Origin: a virus
DNA length: 64,000 bases
Virus record (IMG/VR): IMGVR_UViG_3300043427_003273
Span: 36,902-100,901 of that record
Strand: one strand, 5' to 3'
In this document: in pieces, positions 1 through 9,394 of the stretch
How the letters are laid out: the number at the start of each line of letters is the position of its first letter
How positions within the stretch are numbered: position 1 is the first letter of the stretch
The notes under the pieces: generated by a model
What the model was told of the DNA's origin: nothing
The model's database searches: none
Seen by the model: the letters and a program-made list of their open reading frames with translations, nothing else
Program-made: the position numbers and the translations under genes

Positions 1-199
1 GAACATGTCTTCTTTTGTTGTTTTTATCCATGGTTCAACTTTATATCCAGTCATTCCATTTCTAGATTTTACTTCGGTAAGAGTAATTGGATTTGTAATT
101 AATAAATTAATACTGCCATTTTCTTCACATGGCATTACTCTTGCGAATATTTCTTCCCCACTAATTAATTTTATTGAAGCATAAAAATCATCTTCCATG
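1..199 (-). CDS. Conserved T4-like cyanophage protein downstream of uvsW (partial, runs off window)
   Basis: Read manually: ATG at 199, MEDDFYASIKLISGEEIFARV...; IKLISGEEI motif is typical of the gene following uvsW. Confidence 0.75.
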
Positions 200-1666
200 C
201 TAACTTCCTCCGATATTAATTGGTATTATTTCATAGTTAAAATCTTCTTCGACGTAAATTTTAATTCTTTCTATAAAATGATTTAATGTATAATTTTTTC
301 TTGAATTGTATGTAGTGTCATCTGCAATATCATACAGGGTTGCTTTATCTTTATTTTTACCCTTTCTTAAAACCCTTCCAATGCTTTGAAGATTTCTTAT
401 TCTAGATTTACTAGGTGATGCAAAGATTATATTATGGAGTCTTTTTATAGAAATTCCAGTACTAAAAACTCCATAAGAAGCAACAATTATTGCATTATCT
501 TCTTTTTCGGTAATTTGCCGTATTGCTTCTCTTTCTTCAGCATCAACTCCACCATGAACAAAGAAGACTTTTCTATTATCTTCTTTACGACTATTTATTA
601 AATCAAATAATATCTGCCCATGAGTTTCTACTCTAGAAAATAATACAAGAGTATTTCCTTTTAAACTCAATGCAAGATTTCTTATAAATTTATTTCTTTT
701 ATCATTTGTGATAAGAAATTGAATTTCATCTTCATAAGTATCAAATTTTTGAGGTTTATGTTTAAGAAGTAAGCAATTAATGTCCAACTGAGATGCTCTT
801 CCCTTTTCAATCATCTCAGATGTTCCAATAGTTTTATATTGTGGACCAAATAATCCACAAACAACCCATTCATGAGTATTACTTCCAGATAAAGTTCCAG
901 TAAATCCAAATCTATATTTTGCATTATGGCACTTTTTCATAATATCAATTAAAGATTTAGATTTAGCAGTATGAGCTTCATCTACAATCACACAGTCATA
1001 ATTTTCAAAGAAACTCTTCGGTAAAGTATATAAAGATTGCCATGTAGAAAGAGTAACGGGCATATCTGTATGCTTTTCTCTGCCAGAATAAATTAAATGG
1101 CAATTATTTTCAGCATCCCATCCATAGTCACTGAAGTCATTAAACATTTGACGAACAAGTGATGTAGTTGGAAAAACAATAAGAATCTTTTTTCCCTTTG
1201 CGACATAATATCTTATGATTGAATAAATCATAAGAGATTTGCCCGATGCAGTTGGACTTAATATGAGTTTTCTATTGTATCTCAGGCACTCATAGACACC
1301 GTTTATTTGATAGTCATATGGATCATGACTACAAATAGATTTCATGTACTCTGTAACCCCTTCTGGGCATATCTCCTCATTTACTTCAAAGGGAAGTCCA
1401 TAATACTTGTTTTCCTTAAAAGTATAATCATAATTATACGTTTTTAGTTTAGCAACAACTTTATCCAGAAGACCAGCATACACTTCTCCAGTATGCGTAC
1501 TTAATAATCTAATTTTTCCATCCCAATGTTTATTTCTCATATGTGGCATAAACTTTGCCCCTTCTACATCAAATGTAAAATGAGGTTCAAGTTCATACAA
1601 AACATGAGGTTCACATTCTAATTTAATGTAAACCTCATTCTTTTTAGTGATTGCCACATCAGTCAT
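200..1666 (-). CDS. uvsW: UvsW SF2 DNA/RNA-DNA helicase
   Basis: SPTASGKS Walker A, DEAH, TGT and QSIGRVLR motifs; follows uvsY. Confidence 0.97.
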   Translation of the reverse strand: MTDVAITKKNEVYIKLECEPHVLYELEPHFTFDVEGAKFMPHMRNKHWDGKIRLLSTHTGEVYAGLLDKVVAKLKTYNYDYTFKENKYYGLPFEVNEEICPEGVTEYMKSICSHDPYDYQINGVYECLRYNRKLILSPTASGKSLMIYSIIRYYVAKGKKILIVFPTTSLVRQMFNDFSDYGWDAENNCHLIYSGREKHTDMPVTLSTWQSLYTLPKSFFENYDCVIVDEAHTAKSKSLIDIMKKCHNAKYRFGFTGTLSGSNTHEWVVCGLFGPQYKTIGTSEMIEKGRASQLDINCLLLKHKPQKFDTYEDEIQFLITNDKRNKFIRNLALSLKGNTLVLFSRVETHGQILFDLINSRKEDNRKVFFVHGGVDAEEREAIRQITEKEDNAIIVASYGVFSTGISIKRLHNIIFASPSKSRIRNLQSIGRVLRKGKNKDKATLYDIADDTTYNSRKNYTLNHFIERIKIYVEEDFNYEIIPINIGGS

Positions 1667-1699
1667 AAAGTATTGCTATAACTGATATATTTAGTTTTA

Positions 1700-2137
1700 T
1701 TACCCCAACCCACTCATAAATTTTTGATACTCGATTGCATTTTTAATTTGATAAGTGCGATTGTGAATTGTCTTAATTATGTCTTCAAGATAACGAAGCA
1801 TAATATCATAGTATTCTACTTTGAGTGAAACTTGAGCAAGTGTTTCATCCGCATCCAAATATTGCCGTAGAGTATCTTTGTCACGGATTTTTTTAGGGAA
1901 TGGATTCTCCACATACTCATCAGGATCTGCTTTTCCAGAATAATACTCATGGCGGTCTTTTCTCACACTTCTTTTTTTATTTTCTGCGTTTGTTCTGAGA
2001 ATTGTTACTTTATTGTATAAATCAAAATATTTTGCATGTAACACTGGAATATTTAAAGATTCCGTGTGAAGATTATCTATATCTATTTTTGAATCTTTTT
2101 CCCACATCGATTGTATAATATCTAAGTCAATTGCCAC
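1700..2137 (-). CDS. uvsY: UvsY recombination mediator
   Basis: 145 aa, YYSGKADP and RTYQIKNAIEYQKF; g3-uvsY-uvsW synteny. Confidence 0.93.
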   Translation of the reverse strand: MAIDLDIIQSMWEKDSKIDIDNLHTESLNIPVLHAKYFDLYNKVTILRTNAENKKRSVRKDRHEYYSGKADPDEYVENPFPKKIRDKDTLRQYLDADETLAQVSLKVEYYDIMLRYLEDIIKTIHNRTYQIKNAIEYQKFMSGLG

Positions 2138-2143
2138 AATAAT

Positions 2144-2716
2144 TTAACTCCATCTTTTTGGTAAATGATTTCCTTTATCATCAGTAATATTATACATCAT
2201 ATACTTAAAACTTACTGTAGATGTAAAATATTCCTCACTAGTATTTGTAGCATCAAATTGAAGTTCTGATAATCTATATGGAAACATTCTTCTAAAAATA
2301 ACTTGATAGTTTACATTCAAATTGCTGTTCAATATAAACAATGTTCCATCAGAATATAGATTCATTTCACCACCACTATTCACAGAATAATTATTAGGAT
2401 CTGTTTGATAGTCATATATTTGAGCTAAAGACTCTGGAAATCCAAGACCCCTCATCCAGTTTTGTATTTCCATATAGTTTTGAAGATCTTCATCTACAAT
2501 AAAATCCAACTCAAAATCTTCAAAAACCATATTGTCTCCAGGGACTGGAATTGGATTTGTCAGATATTGGGAATGATTTGCAACTCCTAAAGTTATTCCT
2601 GGAATTACTGCCTTATTTGCTAAAAATGATGTCTTGGGGGCACGACTTAAACTAAATCTAAAGCCAGTACTTGAAAGATAATTTCTATTTTCTAGTTGCC
2701 CTCTTCTAGTTGCCAT
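2144..2716 (-). CDS. g3: Tail tube terminator / tail completion protein gp3
   Basis: NRNYLSSTGFRF...IPGITLG...PVPGD...FIVDEDLQNY; position after g23. Confidence 0.88.
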   Translation of the reverse strand: MATRRGQLENRNYLSSTGFRFSLSRAPKTSFLANKAVIPGITLGVANHSQYLTNPIPVPGDNMVFEDFELDFIVDEDLQNYMEIQNWMRGLGFPESLAQIYDYQTDPNNYSVNSGGEMNLYSDGTLFILNSNLNVNYQVIFRRMFPYRLSELQFDATNTSEEYFTSTVSFKYMMYNITDDKGNHLPKRWS

Positions 2717-2750
2717 TGATAATTTTTTTCTTTCTTATCAGACTATTTAT

Positions 2751-2837
2751 TTAAGAATAGGCATTTGCTAGTCCCCAATAAACAAATAATCCGATAGATG
2801 CAAAAAGAATGATTGCATTAATAAGAACCCTTGTCAT
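2751..2837 (-). CDS. 28-31 aa single-TM micro-protein, NdhQ-like (alternative ATG at 2846)
   Basis: Not in ORF track. MTRVLINAIILFASIGLFVYWGLANAYS*; fills the gap between the g23 terminator and the g3 late promoter. Confidence 0.6.
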   Translation of the reverse strand: MTRVLINAIILFASIGLFVYWGLANAYS

Positions 2838-2874
2838 TATACGCATTTATACTCATTGGTATAATTTTATGTAT

Positions 2875-2903
2875 AAAAAAAGACCCCCCAAATGGGAGGT
2901 CTT
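2875..2903 (-). terminator. Rho-independent terminator after g23
   Basis: AAGACCTCCCATTTGGGGGGTCTTTTTTT: GC stem plus U-tract. Confidence 0.9.
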
Positions 2904-2926
2904 GTATGAGAACCGTGACAATTAAA

Positions 2927-4369
2927 TCACATGAGGTTCTTAACTTGTACTCTTCTGTAGTAACGATTGCTGTTCGTTCTCATACGTCCCAGACCTTGAT
3001 CAGTACCCTCTGCGAATGGGTTTGCAACCATTCCATAACGGGTCTTAAATCCGATTTTTGGCTGGAAGGTATTCTCTCCAACTGCACGTACCATCTGCAG
3101 AGGTACGTATGGGCAATAGAAGAGTCCTGCGTCATAAGGTGAAGAACCCTTATAACCAACAACATAATACTGAGTTGCAGCATTATTTGCGGAATATGGG
3201 TCAATATAAACGCGGAATTTGCCCATCAGAACACCAGCAAAGGTGTTGCCAGTGTCATCAACGTTCAGGTTTGCGTTGAGTGCTGGGGTGTAGTCAAGTA
3301 CTCCTGCCATGGTCAGTGCCGAAGCAACGTCAGCAGAGCACATGATTACATTGCCCTTTCCTCTACGAGTTCTTTGTGCAATCTGGTTCGCATCTCTTTC
3401 GATTTGGAACAGAAGACCCTTGAACTTCTCAACTGACCAACGACCGTTGGAGTCAATATCAAGGTCAAATACACCTTGAGTTGAAACATTGAGAGTTGCG
3501 CCTTGCTCAGCAACCTTATAGATGGTTCTGATTACTTCACGGTTGATTTCAGCAAGAATCTCGGTTGAGAGAATGTTTGCTAATTCCGCTTCAGCATTCA
3601 GACCATGGATTGCCTTCAGGTCTTGTGCAAGCTCAAGGCTGTATTCTGCCTTCAGTGCTCTTGACTTGGCTTCAACAAGAATCTTCTCGATTGAGAATGC
3701 CATCTCGTTGAACTGATTTCCACCAGCAGCACCAAGTGCTTCTGATTCGTCAGTACGCATACCTTGTCCAACTTTGTAATCAAGTTGGCTTGCAGTTGCG
3801 GTTGGGTTCAGCAGACCTGGATTTGCTCCAGTTCCTTGTGCTGTAGTACCCATACCAACCACTGCACCTTCACCCTGAGTTCCAGTGACATCTGCTGCCC
3901 ATGCATTGTCAGAGTTGAATTGATCTCCTTGTCCAGAGAATGCGGTATCTGGCTCGTTGAACAGTGCTTCTGTTCCCGACTGATCGTTGTAACGTGATCT
4001 CATTGCAAAGATCAGTCCAGTAGGGCCGTTCATTGGCTGAACACCAGCAAGATCATAGGCAACCAGATTAGGCATTGAACGTCTAATCAGTGAGATCAGA
4101 ACTGGATCAAAACCTGCAACTGGGCCTGCTGGATTGGTATCTCCAGAGAAACCTGCACCGTATCCACCAGCACCAGTGTTAGTGTTTACAGTTGGGGTTT
4201 CGGTGAGAAGACCACCGTTTTGGAAAGCTGATTGCTCTCTTAAAAATTTTTCTTGATTTTCTAACAGGACTGCGGTTACTGCTCTTCTATGTGAATCCCT
4301 GATTGGATCGCATCCTTCGTGATTCAGAAGAGGTGCCCACTTTTCCTGCAGTGCTTCTGATTGAAACAT
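2927..4369 (-). CDS. g23: Major capsid protein gp23
   Basis: EKWAPLL, FDPVLISLIRRSMPNL, GVQPMNGPTGLIFAMRS, FQPKIGFKTRYG. Confidence 0.99.
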   Translation of the reverse strand: MFQSEALQEKWAPLLNHEGCDPIRDSHRRAVTAVLLENQEKFLREQSAFQNGGLLTETPTVNTNTGAGGYGAGFSGDTNPAGPVAGFDPVLISLIRRSMPNLVAYDLAGVQPMNGPTGLIFAMRSRYNDQSGTEALFNEPDTAFSGQGDQFNSDNAWAADVTGTQGEGAVVGMGTTAQGTGANPGLLNPTATASQLDYKVGQGMRTDESEALGAAGGNQFNEMAFSIEKILVEAKSRALKAEYSLELAQDLKAIHGLNAEAELANILSTEILAEINREVIRTIYKVAEQGATLNVSTQGVFDLDIDSNGRWSVEKFKGLLFQIERDANQIAQRTRRGKGNVIMCSADVASALTMAGVLDYTPALNANLNVDDTGNTFAGVLMGKFRVYIDPYSANNAATQYYVVGYKGSSPYDAGLFYCPYVPLQMVRAVGENTFQPKIGFKTRYGMVANPFAEGTDQGLGRMRTNSNRYYRRVQVKNLM

Positions 4370-4419
4370 TGCTTTTACCTTTTACTAAAGTGCGTTTTTT
4401 TGTTTGATTAATATTAAAT

Positions 4420-5676
4420 TCAGTTTTTTGCAACTGATGAAAGAGTTCTCAGATATGCTTCCATTGTTTGTGAATGGAATTCGGGGGTAGAATCTACTCC
4501 TTCTGAGAGTGTTTCAGATGTTGCTTTTGGAGATGCCGTCTTTGAAGGGAAATATGATTCCTTCAATGTCTCCAGTTTTTCACGATATTGTGATTCACTT
4601 TCAAACTCAACACTCTCGGCAAGTGAAGCGAGCTTTTCTTTCTGAGAAAGTGCAAGACCCTCAGTTACATTGTCAAAGATTCCTCCAGCAACCGACTCTG
4701 CGAGACGCTTGTTAAGGGAAACATTCTTCTCAATTTGCTCGTTGAGTTTTGTCTCCATGTCATCAAGTTTTTCTACCATACTCTCAAGTACATCATATTT
4801 CTCTTCAGGGATTTCTACATAATGTTCTTCAAAAAGACCCTTCATTCCTTGAATAAAGGATTCTGTCATTTCTGTTCTAAGTCCTTGCTCAACTGCAAGG
4901 GCATTTTCTTCTAACCATTCCTGAGCAACATACTCAAGATATGCATCAAGTCTTTCTTCAAGAATAGACTTGATTTCGGTGACTTCTTCTACAAGTCTCT
5001 CTTCGTATTGAGATTCAAGAGATTCACGAACTTCCGAAACTTTTGAACGAAGAGCTGCTTCAAAAATAATTTTTGCTTTCTCTTGGAACTCTTCGGAGAG
5101 TTCTTCACCTTCAAGAAGAGCATTGACATCTTCTTCGATATCAAACTCTTCTTTCTTTACCTCATCCTCATCCTGATCATCTTCGTCATCTTCTTTCTTG
5201 GACTTCTTCTTAGACTCTTTTGAATCTTCTTTTTCGTCCTCTTTTGAATCCTCTTCTTCTTCCTTCTCTGCCTCAACAATTACTTCATCATATTCGTCTT
5301 CCAGATCCTCTTCTTCTTTAACTGGTTTTGCCATTTTCTTCATGGACTCACCAGCACTACGAGAAACTGTAGAACCTCCTGTAGTTGCATAAGCAGGGGC
5401 CTTTTTCATTCCTTCTGCTGCCTTTGATCCTTTATTTACTACATCCTTAACTTGCTTTAAAGGAGCAGCTGCATCTCCAAGCTTTGCAGAATCATCATCT
5501 GATCTATAATTTTCTGGTGTTGGTCCACCAAGATCTGCCCAACTTGTTGTTTGACCATCTGGAATTCCAGTAGTCAATTTATGCATTGGTTCAGCTGCTT
5601 TTGAACCAGCATTGACAGCAGTTTTGGATTGTGTAGTGCCTACTTCCATTTCCTGTAAATTTTTACCACGGGACAT
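4420..5676 (-). CDS. g22: Prohead core scaffold protein gp22
   Basis: Acidic coiled coil, LSEEFQEKAKIIFEAA, YLEYVAQEW; between g21 and g23. Confidence 0.95.
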   Translation of the reverse strand: MSRGKNLQEMEVGTTQSKTAVNAGSKAAEPMHKLTTGIPDGQTTSWADLGGPTPENYRSDDDSAKLGDAAAPLKQVKDVVNKGSKAAEGMKKAPAYATTGGSTVSRSAGESMKKMAKPVKEEEDLEDEYDEVIVEAEKEEEEDSKEDEKEDSKESKKKSKKEDDEDDQDEDEVKKEEFDIEEDVNALLEGEELSEEFQEKAKIIFEAALRSKVSEVRESLESQYEERLVEEVTEIKSILEERLDAYLEYVAQEWLEENALAVEQGLRTEMTESFIQGMKGLFEEHYVEIPEEKYDVLESMVEKLDDMETKLNEQIEKNVSLNKRLAESVAGGIFDNVTEGLALSQKEKLASLAESVEFESESQYREKLETLKESYFPSKTASPKATSETLSEGVDSTPEFHSQTMEAYLRTLSSVAKN

Positions 5677-5716
5677 TTGAACTCTCCGTTAAACTATATT
5701 AGTAAATAACTATATT

Positions 5717-5724
5717 TATTTATA
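5717..5724 (-). promoter_or_regulatory. T4-type late promoter for g22/g23
   Basis: TATAAATA on the minus strand. Similar ATAAATA/CTAAATA boxes at ~1688, 2744, 6673, 6881, 8630, 12086, 15210, 18976, 29218, 50874 and 53209, each just upstream of an ORF start. Confidence 0.85.
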
Positions 5725-5734
5725 AATTAATTAA

Positions 5735-6379
5735 TTACAACGAATTTAAAAACTCGTTGAAAAGATTAAGTTTATGCTCTTCCAGAGCACGTTGTTCTAC
5801 AAATCTTTCGACTCTATTTTTGAGAACATGTACTTTTTGTTCTAGAATTCCATTACTCCAGACCCACTCCACTCCTTCCATAATTCCATTTACAAAAGCA
5901 TCTGGGGCTGAAGGATCTGCAACAATATCTGCTGCAGTTGCTAACATAAAATCGTCATTAACGAGTTTTACGCCATTTTTTTCTATAAGAGAACCAACTC
6001 CCCTTGAAGAAACGCCAAGTTTTACACCTTCTCCAATTAAAGAAGATGCGATTTTTCCCATTGGAGTATCGAGGATTTTTGCTTTTCCTACAAAGTTAGT
6101 TCCATCTTCTTTCAAAGATGTAATCATGTGTGAAACTCTATCCAGGTTTACTGTTGGTCCATCTGGATGTCCAAGTTCTCCCAGAGCACGACCCTTTTGA
6201 ATATAATTTTCATTGTATCTTTGTACTTCTCTTTGCAGAGTTTCCATTGGATACATACGACCATTACGATTTTTTATATTTGCTTGGAGAAAAGTCCCTT
6301 CAATATGAAGAGATTTTTTCCCACCTTTGCTTTCAGTAATAAAATTTACTGATTCTATTTCTTCTGTGATTAGTTTCAT
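5735..6379 (-). CDS. g21: Prohead protease gp21
   Basis: NRNGRMY, ALGELGHP, GVSSRGVGSL, DIVADPSAPDAFV. Confidence 0.98.
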   Translation of the reverse strand: MKLITEEIESVNFITESKGGKKSLHIEGTFLQANIKNRNGRMYPMETLQREVQRYNENYIQKGRALGELGHPDGPTVNLDRVSHMITSLKEDGTNFVGKAKILDTPMGKIASSLIGEGVKLGVSSRGVGSLIEKNGVKLVNDDFMLATAADIVADPSAPDAFVNGIMEGVEWVWSNGILEQKVHVLKNRVERFVEQRALEEHKLNLFNEFLNSL

Positions 6380-6383
6380 GAGA

Positions 6384-6659
6384 TTAGTTAGTAAATCCTA
6401 CTTTTGCTCCCAAGACAGCAGCATTAGCTGCAAGAATGCAATGGGATGATTGTTTTTGTAAATATTCTGTAGTTCCTCTCATAAGAGTGAAAGATCCAAT
6501 TCCTGGACCACTTTGAGATTCAACAACAGTAATAAGATAATCACTAGAGGTAGAAGTGTTGACTAATCTAACGACAGTTGCTTCACTAAAACTGGTTGCT
6601 GTTCCAGTTGTAGTTGGTAAAGCTGCTTCTGAACCAAGAACTTTAACTCTGTAAGCCAT
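6384..6659 (-). CDS. Conserved hypothetical protein of the head module
   Basis: 91 aa ORF with its own TATAAATA at 6673-6680. Confidence 0.75.
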   Translation of the reverse strand: MAYRVKVLGSEAALPTTTGTATSFSEATVVRLVNTSTSSDYLITVVESQSGPGIGSFTLMRGTTEYLQKQSSHCILAANAAVLGAKVGFTN

Positions 6660-6696
6660 TATTATAAGACACTATTTATATTAATATTTATCAAAT

Positions 6697-6858
6697 TTAA
6701 TCTTCATCAACTTGTGGTGGATTGAAAAAAGAATTTGCTATTTGTGGTCTTAAAGAATCAATCTTTTCTGCAGTCTTTGCAAAAAGAGCATCTTTAATTG
6801 CATCACTAATATCTGATGCGGATGAATCATTTGTAATTAAATCAACAATTTGTTCCAT
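6697..6858 (-). CDS. Small prohead-associated protein (position of T4 g67/g68)
   Basis: Not in ORF track. MEQIVDLITNDSSASDISDAIKDALFAKTAEKIDSLRPQIANSFF..., 53 aa; late promoter at 6881. Confidence 0.75.
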   Translation of the reverse strand: MEQIVDLITNDSSASDISDAIKDALFAKTAEKIDSLRPQIANSFFNPPQVDED

Positions 6859-6890
6859 AATAGTTATTGTATACTTTTGATATTTATGTA

Positions 6891-8603
6891 TTATCTTTTA
6901 TTTGGTACGTTTTTTATTGTTGGAGACTTTGGAGGTTCTGCGGCATTTGAATTAAAATCTGGTGATTTCGTATCTAAAGGAACAGAACCAGAAGCACCAT
7001 TTATTGCATCACTTCCTGTTGGAAGTGGAAGTCCAGTTTCTGGATCAATAGGAGCATTTGGATCAGGAATAATCCCCTTTTCTATCTCTTTTTTAATTTT
7101 TTGATCTTCTTCTACTATCTCTTGATCAGTCTGACGAAGAATTTTATTTCTAATATATTCTTGAGAGAAGTATCTTCCAACATATGGCTCTGCAGTTGCT
7201 GCGAGATTTAATCTTTCAGTAAGAAGTTCTGCGTCTTTCAGCTCTGAGAAATGATTATCATACAGGAAATCGTATTGAATATGCTCTGACATTATATCCC
7301 AATCTTCGGGAGTAATGACATTCTTAAGAATTAATTGAGTCTTTAATAAATCATTGAAAAGATTTGCAAATCTTTTTCTTAAACGACCAACAAATTTGGT
7401 AAATTTAAGTTCGTCTCTCAAAATTTCAGAAGATCTTCCAAGATTAAATCCTCCTTCTCCTTCCATTCTTGATGGTGGAACGTTCAGGGATCTATAAAGT
7501 TTAGCCTGGAAATACTTAATATCTGTAATTTCACCAAGATTTTGTCCACCTGGAAGAGTTGAAATCTCTGTTCCTCTTCCACCTTCTCTTCTTGGAAGCC
7601 AAAAATCTTCAAGCATTGCCATGAATTTTTTGTCATCACGTATTTCTCCAGTAGAAGAATCATAAACCATCTTATTACGATAACGCATCATAACGTCACG
7701 AAGATATTGCTCTGCTTTCATTTTTGGCAGATTGCCAACATCAATATAGAAAATTCTACGTTCTGGTGCTCTTGATAATCTGTAAATAACAAGAGAATCC
7801 TCAATCATACGAAGTTGATTAAGAGATTTAATTGCTTTATTGAGATATGAAAGTGTAGTTCCTTTATTCCTATCTACTAAACCAGATGTGCAATATGCTA
7901 TTGCATCTCTTGCAATTTTAATTCCTGCTTTTGCTGTGGACCCAATATTTGCTGGATTTCCTGGTCCTACTGGATAAGTAGATCTTGGACTATAAAGAAA
8001 AAATTCTTCAATTTCTGGAAAATTAAAGTTCATTGGATCTTCTTCAGAAGATTTCCCCATTGGTTGAACTTGTGTTCCGTTATTTTTTTTCTTCTTTTCT
8101 TGCCTAACATAACGGATTTTCATAGAGTCTATGTATCTTAACTCTTGAATTCCATCTTGAGGATTCTTTAAATCTATTACTTTATGATAAAAAATTCTAC
8201 CGTCTATATACCAGTTTCTGTATATTTCGTGGCATTTTTTATCAAAATCTAAAAGTGATAATATGAATTTAAATTCTTCTCTAATTTTTTTCTTAATACC
8301 ATCACTTGCATTAAGATTTGAAAGTTCTATTTGAACAGGACTGTCGTTAGAATCAGATACTATTGCTTCATTTACAATATCTTCGATGGCACTGTCAACC
8401 TCTGGATGCAATGCCATCTCTCGATATTTTTTAATCAATTCAAATTCATTACGATAAACGCCTTCTATATCTACATAAGAACCAAAAAAACCACTAGTTA
8501 AATAATGGTCAACCCCGTCCTCGTGATTAACGGGAACGGGGGACAATGCAGATTTAGGTAATTTATCTTCGTCGTCAATAGAAAAACCGAACAATTTAGA
8601 CAT
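6891..8603 (-). CDS. g20: Portal protein gp20
   Basis: RAPERRIFYIDVGNLPK, EDFWLPRREGGRGTEISTLPGGQNLG. Confidence 0.99.
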   Translation of the reverse strand: MSKLFGFSIDDEDKLPKSALSPVPVNHEDGVDHYLTSGFFGSYVDIEGVYRNEFELIKKYREMALHPEVDSAIEDIVNEAIVSDSNDSPVQIELSNLNASDGIKKKIREEFKFILSLLDFDKKCHEIYRNWYIDGRIFYHKVIDLKNPQDGIQELRYIDSMKIRYVRQEKKKKNNGTQVQPMGKSSEEDPMNFNFPEIEEFFLYSPRSTYPVGPGNPANIGSTAKAGIKIARDAIAYCTSGLVDRNKGTTLSYLNKAIKSLNQLRMIEDSLVIYRLSRAPERRIFYIDVGNLPKMKAEQYLRDVMMRYRNKMVYDSSTGEIRDDKKFMAMLEDFWLPRREGGRGTEISTLPGGQNLGEITDIKYFQAKLYRSLNVPPSRMEGEGGFNLGRSSEILRDELKFTKFVGRLRKRFANLFNDLLKTQLILKNVITPEDWDIMSEHIQYDFLYDNHFSELKDAELLTERLNLAATAEPYVGRYFSQEYIRNKILRQTDQEIVEEDQKIKKEIEKGIIPDPNAPIDPETGLPLPTGSDAINGASGSVPLDTKSPDFNSNAAEPPKSPTIKNVPNKR

Positions 8604-8645
8604 TATTAAAAGTATCTTGGATTTTCTATTATTTATGTAGTTAAA

Positions 8646-9353
8646 TCAGATGACGTTATCGTTAGGAGCTTGAGATCCTGTAACTTCTCCACCTTCTTGG
8701 TCGTCAATTTCAAACCAGTTGACCTGGAATTCTACGGTGAATTCCTCAATCGTATCTCCAGTGTCATAAGAAAGATCAATCTGGGAAACATTAGTTGGGA
8801 AGATATCGTGAAGTTTGTATGCTCTCAAGATTCTGGACTGGAATGTTCCACCATTGTATGGAGGTGCTGCCTGACCAAGATCTGCATTTCCGTCAACAAC
8901 GTTTGTACCATTTCTTTGGTTGGATCTTCCAAGTTGCCATACAATCGCATCAGTCATATAAGACTGAGGATTAACAGCACCTGAAGCATTATCCAATTTG
9001 GAAATGTGGTTCATCCATTGCTCAAATGCATGTCTGAGGTTGAAGTCCTCATCGTTAATGATGGTGACTGTCCAAGTATCAAAGGTGCGGTCTCCAGCAA
9101 CTTTTAAAATACGTCCTCTAAAAGGAACATCAATTGGTGCAACGTTTGATGCTGGCAGAGCTGCTGACTTGCAAAGGAATTTGAAGTCATCTTGATCTGC
9201 ATTTGTCCAATATTGTACAATATTTGTTGGGAAAGCTGGGATTGAGACCTCAAATAAATTGGGTCTCGCACCACCACCACGGAGCTTATTTTTAAAGTCC
9301 GTAATATTCTTTAGTCTTGGTCTGTTGTCGGTTGCATTAAATGCGCTTGCCAT
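8646..9353 (-). CDS. g19: Tail tube protein gp19
   Basis: GGARPNLFEV, FRGRILKVAGDRTFDTWTVTIINDEDF. Confidence 0.97.
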   Translation of the reverse strand: MASAFNATDNRPRLKNITDFKNKLRGGGARPNLFEVSIPAFPTNIVQYWTNADQDDFKFLCKSAALPASNVAPIDVPFRGRILKVAGDRTFDTWTVTIINDEDFNLRHAFEQWMNHISKLDNASGAVNPQSYMTDAIVWQLGRSNQRNGTNVVDGNADLGQAAPPYNGGTFQSRILRAYKLHDIFPTNVSQIDLSYDTGDTIEEFTVEFQVNWFEIDDQEGGEVTGSQAPNDNVI

Positions 9354-9394
9354 TTGTTTTTTCCTCCGTTGGGGTTATTAGTTCAATTTATTCA

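Noticed and set aside
5100-5330. E/K/D low-complexity repeat in g22
   Set aside because: Ordinary acidic linker of scaffold proteins
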